62,765 nt of DNA, from positions 1-62,765 of the forward strand of contig CAWHCQ010000038.1 of the NCBI GenBank assembly GCA_963827755.1, in the 5' to 3' direction. The stretch comes from an uncultured Gammaproteobacteria bacterium (lineage in GTDB: Bacteria; Pseudomonadota; Gammaproteobacteria; UBA9214). The first letter of the stretch is position 1; the number at the start of each line of letters is the position of its first letter. The notes under the pieces were generated by a model that was given only the letters and a program-made list of their open reading frames with translations, was not told the origin of the DNA and did no database searches. Of this stretch, positions 43,953 to 53,371 are shown in pieces. A program made the position numbers and the translations under genes.

Positions 43953-44519
43953 CTACCCACCAATACGCCGGGCAAGTTCATCTTCCAGGTCGGCTTCCAG
44001 TTCCCCGGCCTCTGCCTGCAAGCGCCTGAAGAACTGCATCCTGGTCAGGGTATCTGCCGCGGCATCGAGGCTGGCGGCATCGGCCCTTGCAAACTGGCCA
44101 CGCAATTTATCGACAAGCGCGTCGATATCGGCAGCAATCCTGTCCATGATCCTGCCAAGCGCCGGCATTGCATCGTCACTGCCTCGAACCCCGGCCAGCG
44201 CCTCGCGCAACTCCATCTGCTCCATCAAAAATTCCGTATCGCTGCTGGTGTTGTGTTCATCATCAAACTCACGGCCATCGAGTTCCAGCAAATAACGCCC
44301 GCGCTTCAGGGGGTCTTTAAGAACCTGGTATCCCTCGTTGATTTGTGTTGCCTGCTGCATCGAGATACGTCGTTCCTGGTCACTTGCATTGACATAGCGG
44401 TCAGGGTGCACGCTGCGCTGAAGCGCACGGTAATTCCGGTCAAGCAGCCCCGTGTCCACATCAAAAGACTGCGGCAGACCAAAAAGATCAAAGTGGGTTG
44501 TGGAAGAAACCGCATCCAT
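43953..44519 (-). CDS. hscB: Fe-S co-chaperone HscB
   Basis: J-domain HPD, FLMEQMELRE. Confidence 0.96.
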   Translation of the reverse strand: MDAVSSTTHFDLFGLPQSFDVDTGLLDRNYRALQRSVHPDRYVNASDQERRISMQQATQINEGYQVLKDPLKRGRYLLELDGREFDDEHNTSSDTEFLMEQMELREALAGVRGSDDAMPALGRIMDRIAADIDALVDKLRGQFARADAASLDAAADTLTRMQFFRRLQAEAGELEADLEDELARRIGG

Positions 44520-44566
44520 TTCAGATACAACCAGGTAATGAGACAGAAATCAGCAGTCCACCGATA

Positions 44567-44890
44567 TCAGATATTAAAACTCTCCCCGCAGCCGCATTCA
44601 TCCTTGACGTTGGGGTTTCTGAACTGGAAGCCTTCATTCAGCCCTTCCTTTGCATAATCCAGCTCGGTGCCGTCCAGGTAAACCAGGCTCTTCGGGTTGA
44701 CCAGTATCTTTACATCATGGTCTTCGAAGACGACATCATCATCCTCGACCTCGTCCGCATACTCCATGACATAGGCCATTCCCGAACAACCCGTGGTTTT
44801 TACCCCAAGGCGCAATCCCACGCCCTTGCCACGCTTTTCAAGAAAATTCCTTACGCGTTCTGCAGCAGCAGTAGTCAGTGTTATCGCCAT
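44567..44890 (-). CDS. iscA: A-type Fe-S carrier IscA
   Basis: [30 protein letters not shown]. Confidence 0.97.
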   Translation of the reverse strand: MAITLTTAAAERVRNFLEKRGKGVGLRLGVKTTGCSGMAYVMEYADEVEDDDVVFEDHDVKILVNPKSLVYLDGTELDYAKEGLNEGFQFRNPNVKDECGCGESFNI

Positions 44891-44902
44891 AATCCGGTCC
44901 CG

Positions 44903-46123
44903 CTAGTGCGCAGCCCACTTTACCGTGTTCAGGTCAATGCCGTCTTTGTACATATCCCAGAGCGGTGACAGTTCACGCAACTTGGTAACCTTCTCCTTGA
45001 CCTTTGCGATAACGTAATCAACCTCCTCTGCTGTCGTAAAACGACCGATGGTAAAACGCAGCGAACTGTGCGCCAGCTCATCATTTCTGCCAAGCGCCCT
45101 GAGGACATAGGAAGGCTCCAGGCTTGAACTCGTGCAGGCAGAACCGGAAGAAACCGCCATATCCTTGAGCGCCATGATCAGGCTCTCGCCTTCGACATAA
45201 TTAAAACTCACGTTCAGATTACCGCTGATCCTGTGGTCCAGGTCACCGTTGAGATAGACCTCTTCCATGTCATTCAGGCCACTCCAGAGCCGGTCGCGCA
45301 ACACCATGATACGTTTGTCCTCTTCGGCCATCTCTTCCTTCGCAATACGGAACGCCTCGCCCATGCCGACCAGCTGATGCGTCGCCAGTGTCCCGGAACG
45401 CATGCCGCGTTCATGACCGCCGCCGTGCATCTGGGCCTCCAGCCGAACGCGTGGCTTGCGGCGCACATACAGGGCGCCGACCCCCTTCGGGCCGTAAATC
45501 TTGTGGGCGGAAAATGACATCAGGTCGACTTTCAGTTTTGCAAGGTCGATCCCGATCTTGCCGGCACTCTGGGCGGCGTCGACATGAAAGATGATCTTGC
45601 GTTCTCGACAGATTTCGCCGATGGCGGCAATGTCCTGGATCACGCCGATTTCGTTGTTAACATGCATGATGCTCACCAGGATGGTGTCTTCGCGCAGGGC
45701 ATCCCTGAATTTTTCCAGGTCAAGCAGGCCATTCGCCTGCGGATCCAGGTAGGTGACCTCAAAACCCTCGCGTTCCAGCTGGCGGCAGGTATCCAGCACC
45801 GCCTTGTGCTCGGTCTTCAGGGTGACAATATGTTTGCCGCTTTTCTGATAAAAATGCGCGGCACCCTTGATGGCGAGATTGTTGGACTCGGTAGCACCCG
45901 ATGTCCAGACGATCTCCTTCGGATCGGCATTGATCAGCGCTGCCACGTGGGAGCGTGCCAGTTCGACGGCCTCTTCGGCCTTCCAGCCGAACTCGTGTGA
46001 ACGTGATGCAGGGTTGCCAAACTTCCCCTGGCGCGTCAGGTAGCTGCACATCAGCTCCGCGACACGCTCGTCTACAGGTGTCGTTGCCGAATAGTCCATG
46101 TAAATAGGTATGCTAATGTTCAT
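44903..46123 (-). CDS. iscS: Cysteine desulfurase IscS
   Basis: [35 protein letters not shown]. Confidence 0.98.
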   Translation of the reverse strand: MNISIPIYMDYSATTPVDERVAELMCSYLTRQGKFGNPASRSHEFGWKAEEAVELARSHVAALINADPKEIVWTSGATESNNLAIKGAAHFYQKSGKHIVTLKTEHKAVLDTCRQLEREGFEVTYLDPQANGLLDLEKFRDALREDTILVSIMHVNNEIGVIQDIAAIGEICRERKIIFHVDAAQSAGKIGIDLAKLKVDLMSFSAHKIYGPKGVGALYVRRKPRVRLEAQMHGGGHERGMRSGTLATHQLVGMGEAFRIAKEEMAEEDKRIMVLRDRLWSGLNDMEEVYLNGDLDHRISGNLNVSFNYVEGESLIMALKDMAVSSGSACTSSSLEPSYVLRALGRNDELAHSSLRFTIGRFTTAEEVDYVIAKVKEKVTKLRELSPLWDMYKDGIDLNTVKWAAH

Positions 46124-46161
46124 GACGATATCATCCAGTGTGAATTCCCGGGCGGCCGCTC

Positions 46162-46638
46162 TCAGGCCACCGTTTTTCTCAATCCAGGCGCGCCCGCTAT
46201 TCCAACAGATTGCTGTCGACGCACCAGCGCACTTACCCTGTCACGTTGAAGAAAACCGGCCAGGGTAATACCGTCGAGAAAACCAAAAATCTCGTTGCCG
46301 AGCTTGTTCCACAGTTCGTGGGTCAGACAGCGCTCGCCGTCCTGGCAATTCTCATTGCCTTCGCAGGACGTTGCATCAATACCCTCACCAATGGCATTGA
46401 TTACCATGGCAACGGATATTTCATCCGGCGGCCGCGACAGGCAGTAACCACCGCCGGGACCGCGCAGCCCCTCTACCAGGCCATTCTTGCGCAAACGTGC
46501 GAATAATTGCTCAAGATAGGACAGGGAAATGGACTGGGACTCGGAGATGTCCGCCAGCGTCACAGGACCGCCCTCATAGTGGATCGCGAGATCCAGCATG
46601 GCAGCCACTGCATAACGTCCCTTGGTTGATAAGCGCAT
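46162..46638 (-). CDS. iscR: Fe-S cluster regulator IscR
   Basis: [28 protein letters not shown]-x5-C-x5-C-LTH ligands. Confidence 0.95.
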   Translation of the reverse strand: MRLSTKGRYAVAAMLDLAIHYEGGPVTLADISESQSISLSYLEQLFARLRKNGLVEGLRGPGGGYCLSRPPDEISVAMVINAIGEGIDATSCEGNENCQDGERCLTHELWNKLGNEIFGFLDGITLAGFLQRDRVSALVRRQQSVGIAGAPGLRKTVA

Positions 46639-46680
46639 ATTCACTGTCCACCGGCCCGGTTAAACACCGGCCTGCCCATA

Positions 46681-46705
46681 ATAACCTACTAAAATACTCA
46701 GGTAC
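46681..46705 (-). promoter_or_regulatory. IscR type-1 binding site (autoregulation)
   Basis: Minus strand GTACCTGAGTATTTTAGTAGGTTAT resembles consensus ATASYYGACTRWWWYAGTCRRSTAT, directly upstream of iscR. Confidence 0.7.
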
Positions 46706-46781
46706 TAATTATGGGGCAGTCCTGCGGCACAGGCAAGCGCCGGGACCTGCCAAGAAGAGATATACGGGGGAAGTATTTGCT

Positions 46782-47303
46782 TCAGGATTCGACAGTAAGC
46801 AGGGATTGCTCAACGATTTCCGGAATGTTGTCGACAGGCAGGATAATCCTCCCCGGAATACAGCGGTGACCCTGCATCAGGCTGTAACCCAGCCATTTCT
46901 GCAGAAAACGGTTCATATGCCATTTCTCTGCCAGGGAATAGTGGTTATACATCCTGTTGTAGAGGGCATTGCGCACGCCACGCCGTCGCCCGCAGGAAAT
47001 GACTTCCCCGACCTGGGCGTCGTGATACATGCGTACCCGCATGTCCGGTGCCGGGAAACGACCGTGCCTGTCAGTGAAGTAGTAGGTCAGGTGCAGCGTG
47101 GTAGTGAACCTGCAGCGTTCGGCGATCCGCACGTGCAGATCCAGCGCACCGGCAACCCTGGAAATCATCTCGTTTGGCACGGCATCGAGATCAGGCACCA
47201 GGTTACGCAGGCGGATGTAATTGCACTCGTACAGCTCCATCAAGCCCGCAAAGTTTTTTGAGGGTATGCCGTGATGCAGAATTTGTCTTACCGTACAGTG
47301 CAC
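46782..47303 (-). CDS. DUF1249 (YqiB-like) protein
   Basis: LMELYECNYIRL, CRFTT, VRMYHDAQVGEV, EKWHMNRFL.KWL. Confidence 0.82.
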   Translation of the reverse strand: MHCTVRQILHHGIPSKNFAGLMELYECNYIRLRNLVPDLDAVPNEMISRVAGALDLHVRIAERCRFTTTLHLTYYFTDRHGRFPAPDMRVRMYHDAQVGEVISCGRRRGVRNALYNRMYNHYSLAEKWHMNRFLQKWLGYSLMQGHRCIPGRIILPVDNIPEIVEQSLLTVES

Positions 47304-47432
47304 ATTCAGACCATTTCATTTATGAAAGTGAGTTCAGCCGTGTAGCCTGCTGAAGTGATAGTATTTCATACCATATCGGCGATAATAAACATATCTTGAC
47401 CAGACTTACACGGTTGACAATTGTCACTATAC

Positions 47433-48887
47433 ATGCCAGAAACCAGCATCATATCCCTGCTGCACAAGCATCTGCCCGAACAGTGCATACTGTCGCGTCC
47501 TGAAGAATTGCGCCCCTACGAGTGCGACGGTCTGTCTGCCTACCGCCAGCAACCCATGGTGGTTGTCATTCCGAAAACCCTGGAACAGGTGCAGACAACT
47601 CTGCGCCTGTGTTCGCAGCAGCAGGTGCCTGTCGTTGCCCGCGGTGCAGGCACCGGGCTTTCAGGTGGCGCACTGCCGTTGGAGGCCGGCGTATTGCTGG
47701 TGCTTGCGCGTTTTAATCGCATCATGGCAATCGATCCGCTCAACCGGGTTGCACAGGTCCAGCCCGGCGTCACCAACCTTGCAATTTCAAAGGCCGCCGA
47801 AGCCCATGGCCTGTACTACGCACCCGACCCCTCTTCGCAGATCGCCTGCTCGATCGGGGGAAACGTTGCGGAAAATGCAGGCGGCATTCACTGCCTCAAG
47901 TACGGTCTGACCGTGCATAACATTCTCGCGCTCGAGGTACTCACCATGGAGGGTGAAGTACTGACCATCGGCAGCCAGGCGCTCGACAGTCCCGGCTACG
48001 ACCTGCTGGCCCTGATGACCGGCTCGGAGGGCCTGCTCGGCGTCATCACCGCGATCACCGTGAAACTGTTGCCGCTGCCTGAAACCGCGCAGGTTGTACT
48101 TGCTGCGTTTGCATCGGTCGATGCCGCCGGTGCGGCCGTGACCGCCGTCATCGCCAGCGGCATCATTCCGGCAGGACTCGAATTGCTCGACCGGCCTGCC
48201 ATCCATGCCGTGGAAAAATTCAAGCACTGCGGCTACCCCGAAGATGCGGCGGCTATCCTGCTCTGCGAGGTCGACGGCAGCCATGAAGACGTTGCCGCCC
48301 AGATCGAACAGGTCAACAGGATTTTCACGCAGGCGGGTGCATTCGAGCAGCGGGTCTCGCAAAACGAGGAACAGCGCCAGGACTTCTGGGTCGGCAGAAA
48401 GGCCGCCTTCCCGGCCATGGGGCGCCTGTCGCCGGACTACTACTGCATGGACGGCACCATCCCCCGAAAACAGCTTGCGCGGGTGCTCAATGAAATCGAG
48501 ACGATGTCGCAACAATACGGCCTGCCCATCTGCAACGTCTTCCACGCGGGCGACGGCAACCTGCACCCCCTGATCCTCTATGATGCCAACAAGCCCGGGG
48601 AACTGGAACGCACCGAGGAACTCGGCGGTAAAATTCTCGAGTTGTGCATTGCCGTCGGCGGCACCATCACCGGCGAGCACGGTGTTGGCCTGGAGAAGAT
48701 CAACCAGATGTGCGTGCAGTTCAACAGCGCCGAACTGCAGCAGTTTCATGCCGTGAAACAGGCCTTCGATCCCGGGGAGTTGCTCAACCCCGGCAAGGCC
48801 ATCCCCACCCTGCATCGCTGTGCCGAGTTCGGTGCCATGCATGTCCACGACGGCAAACTGCCGCATCCCGAACTTGAACGCTTTTAA
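47433..48887 (+). CDS. glcD: Glycolate oxidase subunit GlcD
   Basis: ARGAGTGLSGGALP, YAPDPSSQIACSIGGN, HCLKYG, FHAGDGNLHPLI, GEHGVG, C-terminal PELERF. Confidence 0.95.
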   Translation: MPETSIISLLHKHLPEQCILSRPEELRPYECDGLSAYRQQPMVVVIPKTLEQVQTTLRLCSQQQVPVVARGAGTGLSGGALPLEAGVLLVLARFNRIMAIDPLNRVAQVQPGVTNLAISKAAEAHGLYYAPDPSSQIACSIGGNVAENAGGIHCLKYGLTVHNILALEVLTMEGEVLTIGSQALDSPGYDLLALMTGSEGLLGVITAITVKLLPLPETAQVVLAAFASVDAAGAAVTAVIASGIIPAGLELLDRPAIHAVEKFKHCGYPEDAAAILLCEVDGSHEDVAAQIEQVNRIFTQAGAFEQRVSQNEEQRQDFWVGRKAAFPAMGRLSPDYYCMDGTIPRKQLARVLNEIETMSQQYGLPICNVFHAGDGNLHPLILYDANKPGELERTEELGGKILELCIAVGGTITGEHGVGLEKINQMCVQFNSAELQQFHAVKQAFDPGELLNPGKAIPTLHRCAEFGAMHVHDGKLPHPELERF

Positions 48888-48896
48888 TCGGGCCCG

Positions 48897-49952
48897 ATGA
48901 ACGATTACCGGCCCATCAGCGAACGCATCCGCGATGCGCACTCTGAACGTACGGCGCTTGCCATCCGGGGCGGCGGCAGCAAGGACTTTTACGGCCGCCG
49001 CACACGCGGAGAAACCCTGGCGATCAACGACTACCGCGGCATTCTCGACTACACGCCTTCGGAGCTGGTGATCTCTGCGCGGGCGGGCACACCCCTGGCG
49101 GAACTGGAAGAAAGCCTTGCGCAACAGGGCCAGATGCTGCCGTTCGAACCCCCGCATTTCGGCGAACACGCCACCCTGGGCGGGACCATCGCCTGCGGCC
49201 TGTCCGGTCCGCGCCGCCCCTATGCCGGTGCCGCGCGTGACTTCGTGCTCGGCGTCAACTGCATCAACGGCAAGGGCGAATACCTGCGCTTTGGCGGACA
49301 GGTGATGAAGAATGTTGCCGGCTATGACCTGTCGCGCACCCTTACCGGTTCGCTCGGCACGCTCGCCGTGCTGCTCGACATTCACCTCAAGGTATTGCCA
49401 CACCCGGAAACCAGCACCACGCTCAGACAGGTCTGCAGCGCAACCGGGGCCGTGCAACGCATGAACCAGTGGGCAGGGAAACCCGTGCCCCTCTCCGCCG
49501 GCTGTTACCTGGACGGCGCACTCTACGTGCGTTTGTCAGGCACTGACCGCGGCGTACAGGCCGCGGCCGACACCCTCGGCGGTGACGTGCTCGATACGGG
49601 CGAAGCCTTCTGGAAAGACCTGCGCGAACAGCGCCTCGATTTCTTTGCCGGGGACATACCTTTGTGGCGGCTGTCCGTCGCACCGGCCTGCGAGGCGCTG
49701 CAACTGGACGGCAGCTGGCTGATCGACTGGGGCGGCGCACAGCGCTGGTTACGGAGCGACCTGCCGGCCGGCACGATCCATGCGGCGGCGGCCGCGGCCG
49801 GCGGACACGCCACCCTGTTCAGGGGCGGCGATCGCGATGCAGGGATATTCCAGCCGCTGACGCCGGCACTGCTGGCGCTGCACCAGCGCATCAAGCACAG
49901 CTTTGACCCCGCCGGAATCCTCAATCCGGGCAGGATGTACCCGGACCTGTAA
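48897..49952 (+). CDS. glcE: Glycolate oxidase FAD subunit GlcE
   Basis: GGGSKDFYG, LPFEPP, GGQVMKNVAGYDLSR, IDWGGAQRW, FDPAGILNPGRM. Confidence 0.95.
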   Translation: MNDYRPISERIRDAHSERTALAIRGGGSKDFYGRRTRGETLAINDYRGILDYTPSELVISARAGTPLAELEESLAQQGQMLPFEPPHFGEHATLGGTIACGLSGPRRPYAGAARDFVLGVNCINGKGEYLRFGGQVMKNVAGYDLSRTLTGSLGTLAVLLDIHLKVLPHPETSTTLRQVCSATGAVQRMNQWAGKPVPLSAGCYLDGALYVRLSGTDRGVQAAADTLGGDVLDTGEAFWKDLREQRLDFFAGDIPLWRLSVAPACEALQLDGSWLIDWGGAQRWLRSDLPAGTIHAAAAAAGGHATLFRGGDRDAGIFQPLTPALLALHQRIKHSFDPAGILNPGRMYPDL

Positions 49953-49955
49953 CGC

Positions 49956-51191
49956 ATGCAAACGACACTGACAGCCGCACTGCTGGAAACCGCCAGCGGA
50001 CAGGAAGCCGATGAAATCCTGCGCACCTGCGTCCATTGCGGCTTCTGCAATGCCACCTGCCCCACCTACCAGCTGACCGGCGACGAACTCGACGGCCCGC
50101 GGGGGCGTATCTACCAGATCAAGCAGGTACTGGAAGGCGCCGCCCCGACAAGAGCGACGCAATTGCACCTCGATCGCTGCCTGACCTGCCGGGCCTGTGA
50201 AACCACCTGCCCGTCCGGGGTCGAGTATCATTACCTGCTGGACACCGGCCGCGAACTGGTCGGGCAAGGCGTGACACGCCCCTTGCGGGAACGTTTCATG
50301 CACGCCGTGCTGCTCGCCCTGCTGCCCCGGCCGTCACGCTTCAAGCCGTTACTGCGGCTCGGCCAGTCGGTGCGCCCGCTGTTGCCGGCCGCGCTTAAAC
50401 GCCGCATTCCGGCCTACCGTAAACCCGGTCACTTCACAGCAAGGCAACCACATGCGCGCAGCATGCTGCTACTCGACGGTTGCGTACAACCGCTGCTGGC
50501 ACCACAGATCAACCTGGCCACCCGGCGGGTACTCGATGCACTTGGTATCAGTAGTCAGATTGCAGACAAGGCCGGATGCTGCGGCGCGGTCAGTCACCAC
50601 CTCAATGCACCGAATGATGCCCGGGACTTCATGCGTAACAATATCGATGCCTGGTGGCCCGCCATCGAGCAGGGTGCAGAGGCCATCGTCATTACTGCCA
50701 GTGGCTGCGCACCGATGGTGAAGGAGTATGGCCGCTTGCTGGCAGACGACCCGCGATATGCCGAACGGGCCTCCCGGGTCAGCGCACTGGCACGGGATGT
50801 CAGCGAAATCATTGCAGACGAAGATCCGGCCGGCCGTCTGCAGCGCCCGAAAGGCCTTACCCGGATTGCCTTTCATTCCCCCTGCACCCTGCAACACGGC
50901 CAGGGCCTGGACGGGTGCGTCGAGAAAATTCTGCACCAGGCCGGGTTTGAATTGACAACGGTGGCCGACAGTCACTTATGCTGCGGCTCGGCGGGCACCT
51001 ACTCCATCCTGCAGCCGGCGCTGGCAAACAGCCTGCGTGACAACAAACTGGATGCGCTGCAGGCCGGACAACCCGAACTCATCGCCACCGCCAACATCGG
51101 CTGCCTGATGCACATGCAGCCGCACAGCCAGGTGCCGATGCGGCACTGGATAGAATTACTGGCCACACTCATCCCCGAGGAACACCCATGA
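49956..51191 (+). CDS. glcF: Glycolate oxidase Fe-S subunit GlcF
   Basis: CVHCGFCNATCP, CLTCRACETTCP, two CCG domains. Confidence 0.95.
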   Translation: MQTTLTAALLETASGQEADEILRTCVHCGFCNATCPTYQLTGDELDGPRGRIYQIKQVLEGAAPTRATQLHLDRCLTCRACETTCPSGVEYHYLLDTGRELVGQGVTRPLRERFMHAVLLALLPRPSRFKPLLRLGQSVRPLLPAALKRRIPAYRKPGHFTARQPHARSMLLLDGCVQPLLAPQINLATRRVLDALGISSQIADKAGCCGAVSHHLNAPNDARDFMRNNIDAWWPAIEQGAEAIVITASGCAPMVKEYGRLLADDPRYAERASRVSALARDVSEIIADEDPAGRLQRPKGLTRIAFHSPCTLQHGQGLDGCVEKILHQAGFELTTVADSHLCCGSAGTYSILQPALANSLRDNKLDALQAGQPELIATANIGCLMHMQPHSQVPMRHWIELLATLIPEEHP

Positions 51192-52007
51192 ACAGCAGCC
51201 GACCTGCCCCTGCTTATCGAGCCAGATATACTCGAAAATTCATTAACTTGCGACAATCTCCTGATTGTCGACCTGAGCAAGGCCGAGACCTATCGCAAGC
51301 TGCATATTCCCGGGGCCGTGCACCTCGACTACGTGCACATCACCGCCGGCCGGAAACCGGTGATGGGTCTGCTTCCCGAAAGCGAAGTCCTCGACACCCT
51401 GTTCTCCTCCCTCGGCATTGACGAGCACACCCACGTGGTCGCCTGTGACGACGAAGGCGGTGGCCGTGCCGCCCGCCTGCTGTGGACGCTGGAGATGGCC
51501 GGCCACAAACATTTCTCGCTGCTGAACGGGGGTCTGCATGCCTGGGCCAATGAAGGCCATGCACATACGGATGAAGCGGTCACACCGGTTGCAAAGGATT
51601 TTCATACTCATTACAACGACACACCCAGCGCAGACAGCGGCTACATCCTCGAGCGGCTTGGCAATGCCGACACCTGCCTGCTGGATGTACGCAGCCCGAA
51701 TGAATATAAAGGCATAAAAAAGTATGCCGAGCGCGCCGGACACATCCCGGGCGCCGTCAATATCGAATGGACGCAGATGATGGACCAGTCACGCAACCTG
51801 CGTTTCCGGCCTGACGGGGAATTGCTTGCCCTGCTTGAATCCGTTGGCGTCACCGCCGACAGGGAAGTCATCGTCTACTGCCAGACCCACCACCGCTCGG
51901 CACACAGCTACATCGTGCTCAAGCACCTCGGCTATAAACAGCTGAAAGGCTATCCCGGTTCCTGGTCGGACTGGGGGAACAACGCGGAGTTACCGGTCGA
52001 GATGTGA
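51188..52007 (+). CDS. rhdA: Tandem-domain rhodanese/sulfurtransferase, RhdA type (frameshift near 51197)
   Basis: Restored N-terminus ADLPLLIEP...HIPGAV; GHIPGAVN; active-site loop CQTHHRS; YPGSWSDW. ATG overlaps the glcF stop. Confidence 0.85.
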
Positions 52008-52046
52008 TTTTTTTGGTTTGCCCTGGCGGGCGAGGCTATTCTTCGT

Positions 52047-52730
52047 TGTTGGGGCGCCTTGCAGGCGCTGGTTTTATTTGGATGCGGGCTCTCGCGCCCG
52101 CCGGCGAGATACTTTTCTTTGCTCCGCCAAAGAAAAGTATCCAAAAGAAAGGCGACCCGGAGGCCTGCACCGCTGACGCCGGGTTCCCTGCGCTTCTCGC
52201 GAAAACCGGCGCATGCGCAACTCGCAATCTCGCTGCGCTCGAAAGCTCAAACAGGGCGCATGCTTCATCCGGTTTTCACTGCGATGCTCGGCTGCGCCTA
52301 CGGGAGGGGTAGATCAAACCCCCAACTCAGTGAGTATGGGGGGTTGATCTACCCCTCCCGTAGCACTCACCGAGTACCGCAGCCAATCCGGGGAATAGCC
52401 GCGCACCCTGTCTGAGCTTTCGAGCGCAGCGAGATTGCGAGTTGTGCGCGGCCCCCGGATTGGCGAGGAACGCAGGGGACCGTATTAGGCAAGACAGCGT
52501 TGCTGTCTTGCCTAATACGGTGAGTGCTCCGGGTGCCCTTCTCTTTGGGTACTTTCTCTTGGGCAAGCAAGAGAAAGTATCTCGCCGCGCGGGCGCGAGA
52601 GCCCGCATCCAAATAAAACCGCGCCTGCAAGGCGCTCCAACAAAGAAATCGGCGAAGCAAAGAAAAGTACCTCGCCGGCGGGCGCGAAAGCCCGCATACA
52701 ATAAAACCGCGCCTGCAAGGCGCCCCAACA
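52047..52730. repeat. ~600-bp imperfect palindrome of two inverted structured elements plus a third partial copy
   Basis: Copy A 52047-52329 (+), copy B 52331-52642 (-), partial copy 52651-52730 (-). Each outer end is GTTGG(A/G)GCGCCTTGCAGGCGC. Confidence 0.9.
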
Positions 52731-52735
52731 CCAAT

Positions 52736-53281
52736 TCAACCCCGAATAAAATACTCCCGGTAATACAACATCTCGCGAATCGAATCGCGGGTGTCATCCA
52801 GTGCAAGGTGCGTGCTGCTCTTGGTAAATCCCTTCGCCAGTTGCGGTGACCAGCGCGTCACCAGTTCCTTGATGGTGCTTACATCGAGATTGCGGTAATG
52901 GAAGTAGGCCTCCAGCTCGGGCATGCAGCGGGCCATGAAGCGCCGGTCCTGGCAGATACTGTTGCCGCACATGGGTGATACACCCTTGCCGACATACTGG
53001 CTCAGGAAATCAATGGTCTGCTGTTCCGCCTGCTTCTCGGTCAGGGTGCTTTTGCGTACCCGCTCCGTCAGTCCGGACAGGCCATGCTGGCGGGTATTCC
53101 ATTCATCCATCCCGTGCAGGACATCATCGGACTGGTGAATCGCCAGCACCGGGCCCTCGGCAAGGATATTCAGCTGGCCATCCGTGACCACCGTGGCAAT
53201 CTCGATAATCAGGTCCGCCGTCGTATCCAGGCCGGTCATTTCGAGGTCAATCCAGATCAGGTTGTTGGGGTCTTGCTTCAT
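52736..53281 (-). CDS. orn: Oligoribonuclease
   Basis: [43 protein letters not shown]. Confidence 0.98.
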   Translation of the reverse strand: MKQDPNNLIWIDLEMTGLDTTADLIIEIATVVTDGQLNILAEGPVLAIHQSDDVLHGMDEWNTRQHGLSGLTERVRKSTLTEKQAEQQTIDFLSQYVGKGVSPMCGNSICQDRRFMARCMPELEAYFHYRNLDVSTIKELVTRWSPQLAKGFTKSSTHLALDDTRDSIREMLYYREYFIRG

Positions 53282-53371
53282 GTGCTGGTTCATCCTTCCA
53301 AAGATTGTGGTTGAGTCGCATTGTATCAGAGGCTAACCTCATGCCTACTCGTTTCAGGTACACAACCGATT

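Noticed and set aside
47787-49457. Long antisense ORFs (also 1486-2394, 21516-22820, 23995-25311, 27302-28633)
   Set aside because: Shadow frames of well-supported genes, expected in high-GC DNA; no recognisable motifs.
52004-52849. Small ORFs over the palindromic region
   Set aside because: They are translations of the repeat element on both strands with no protein features.
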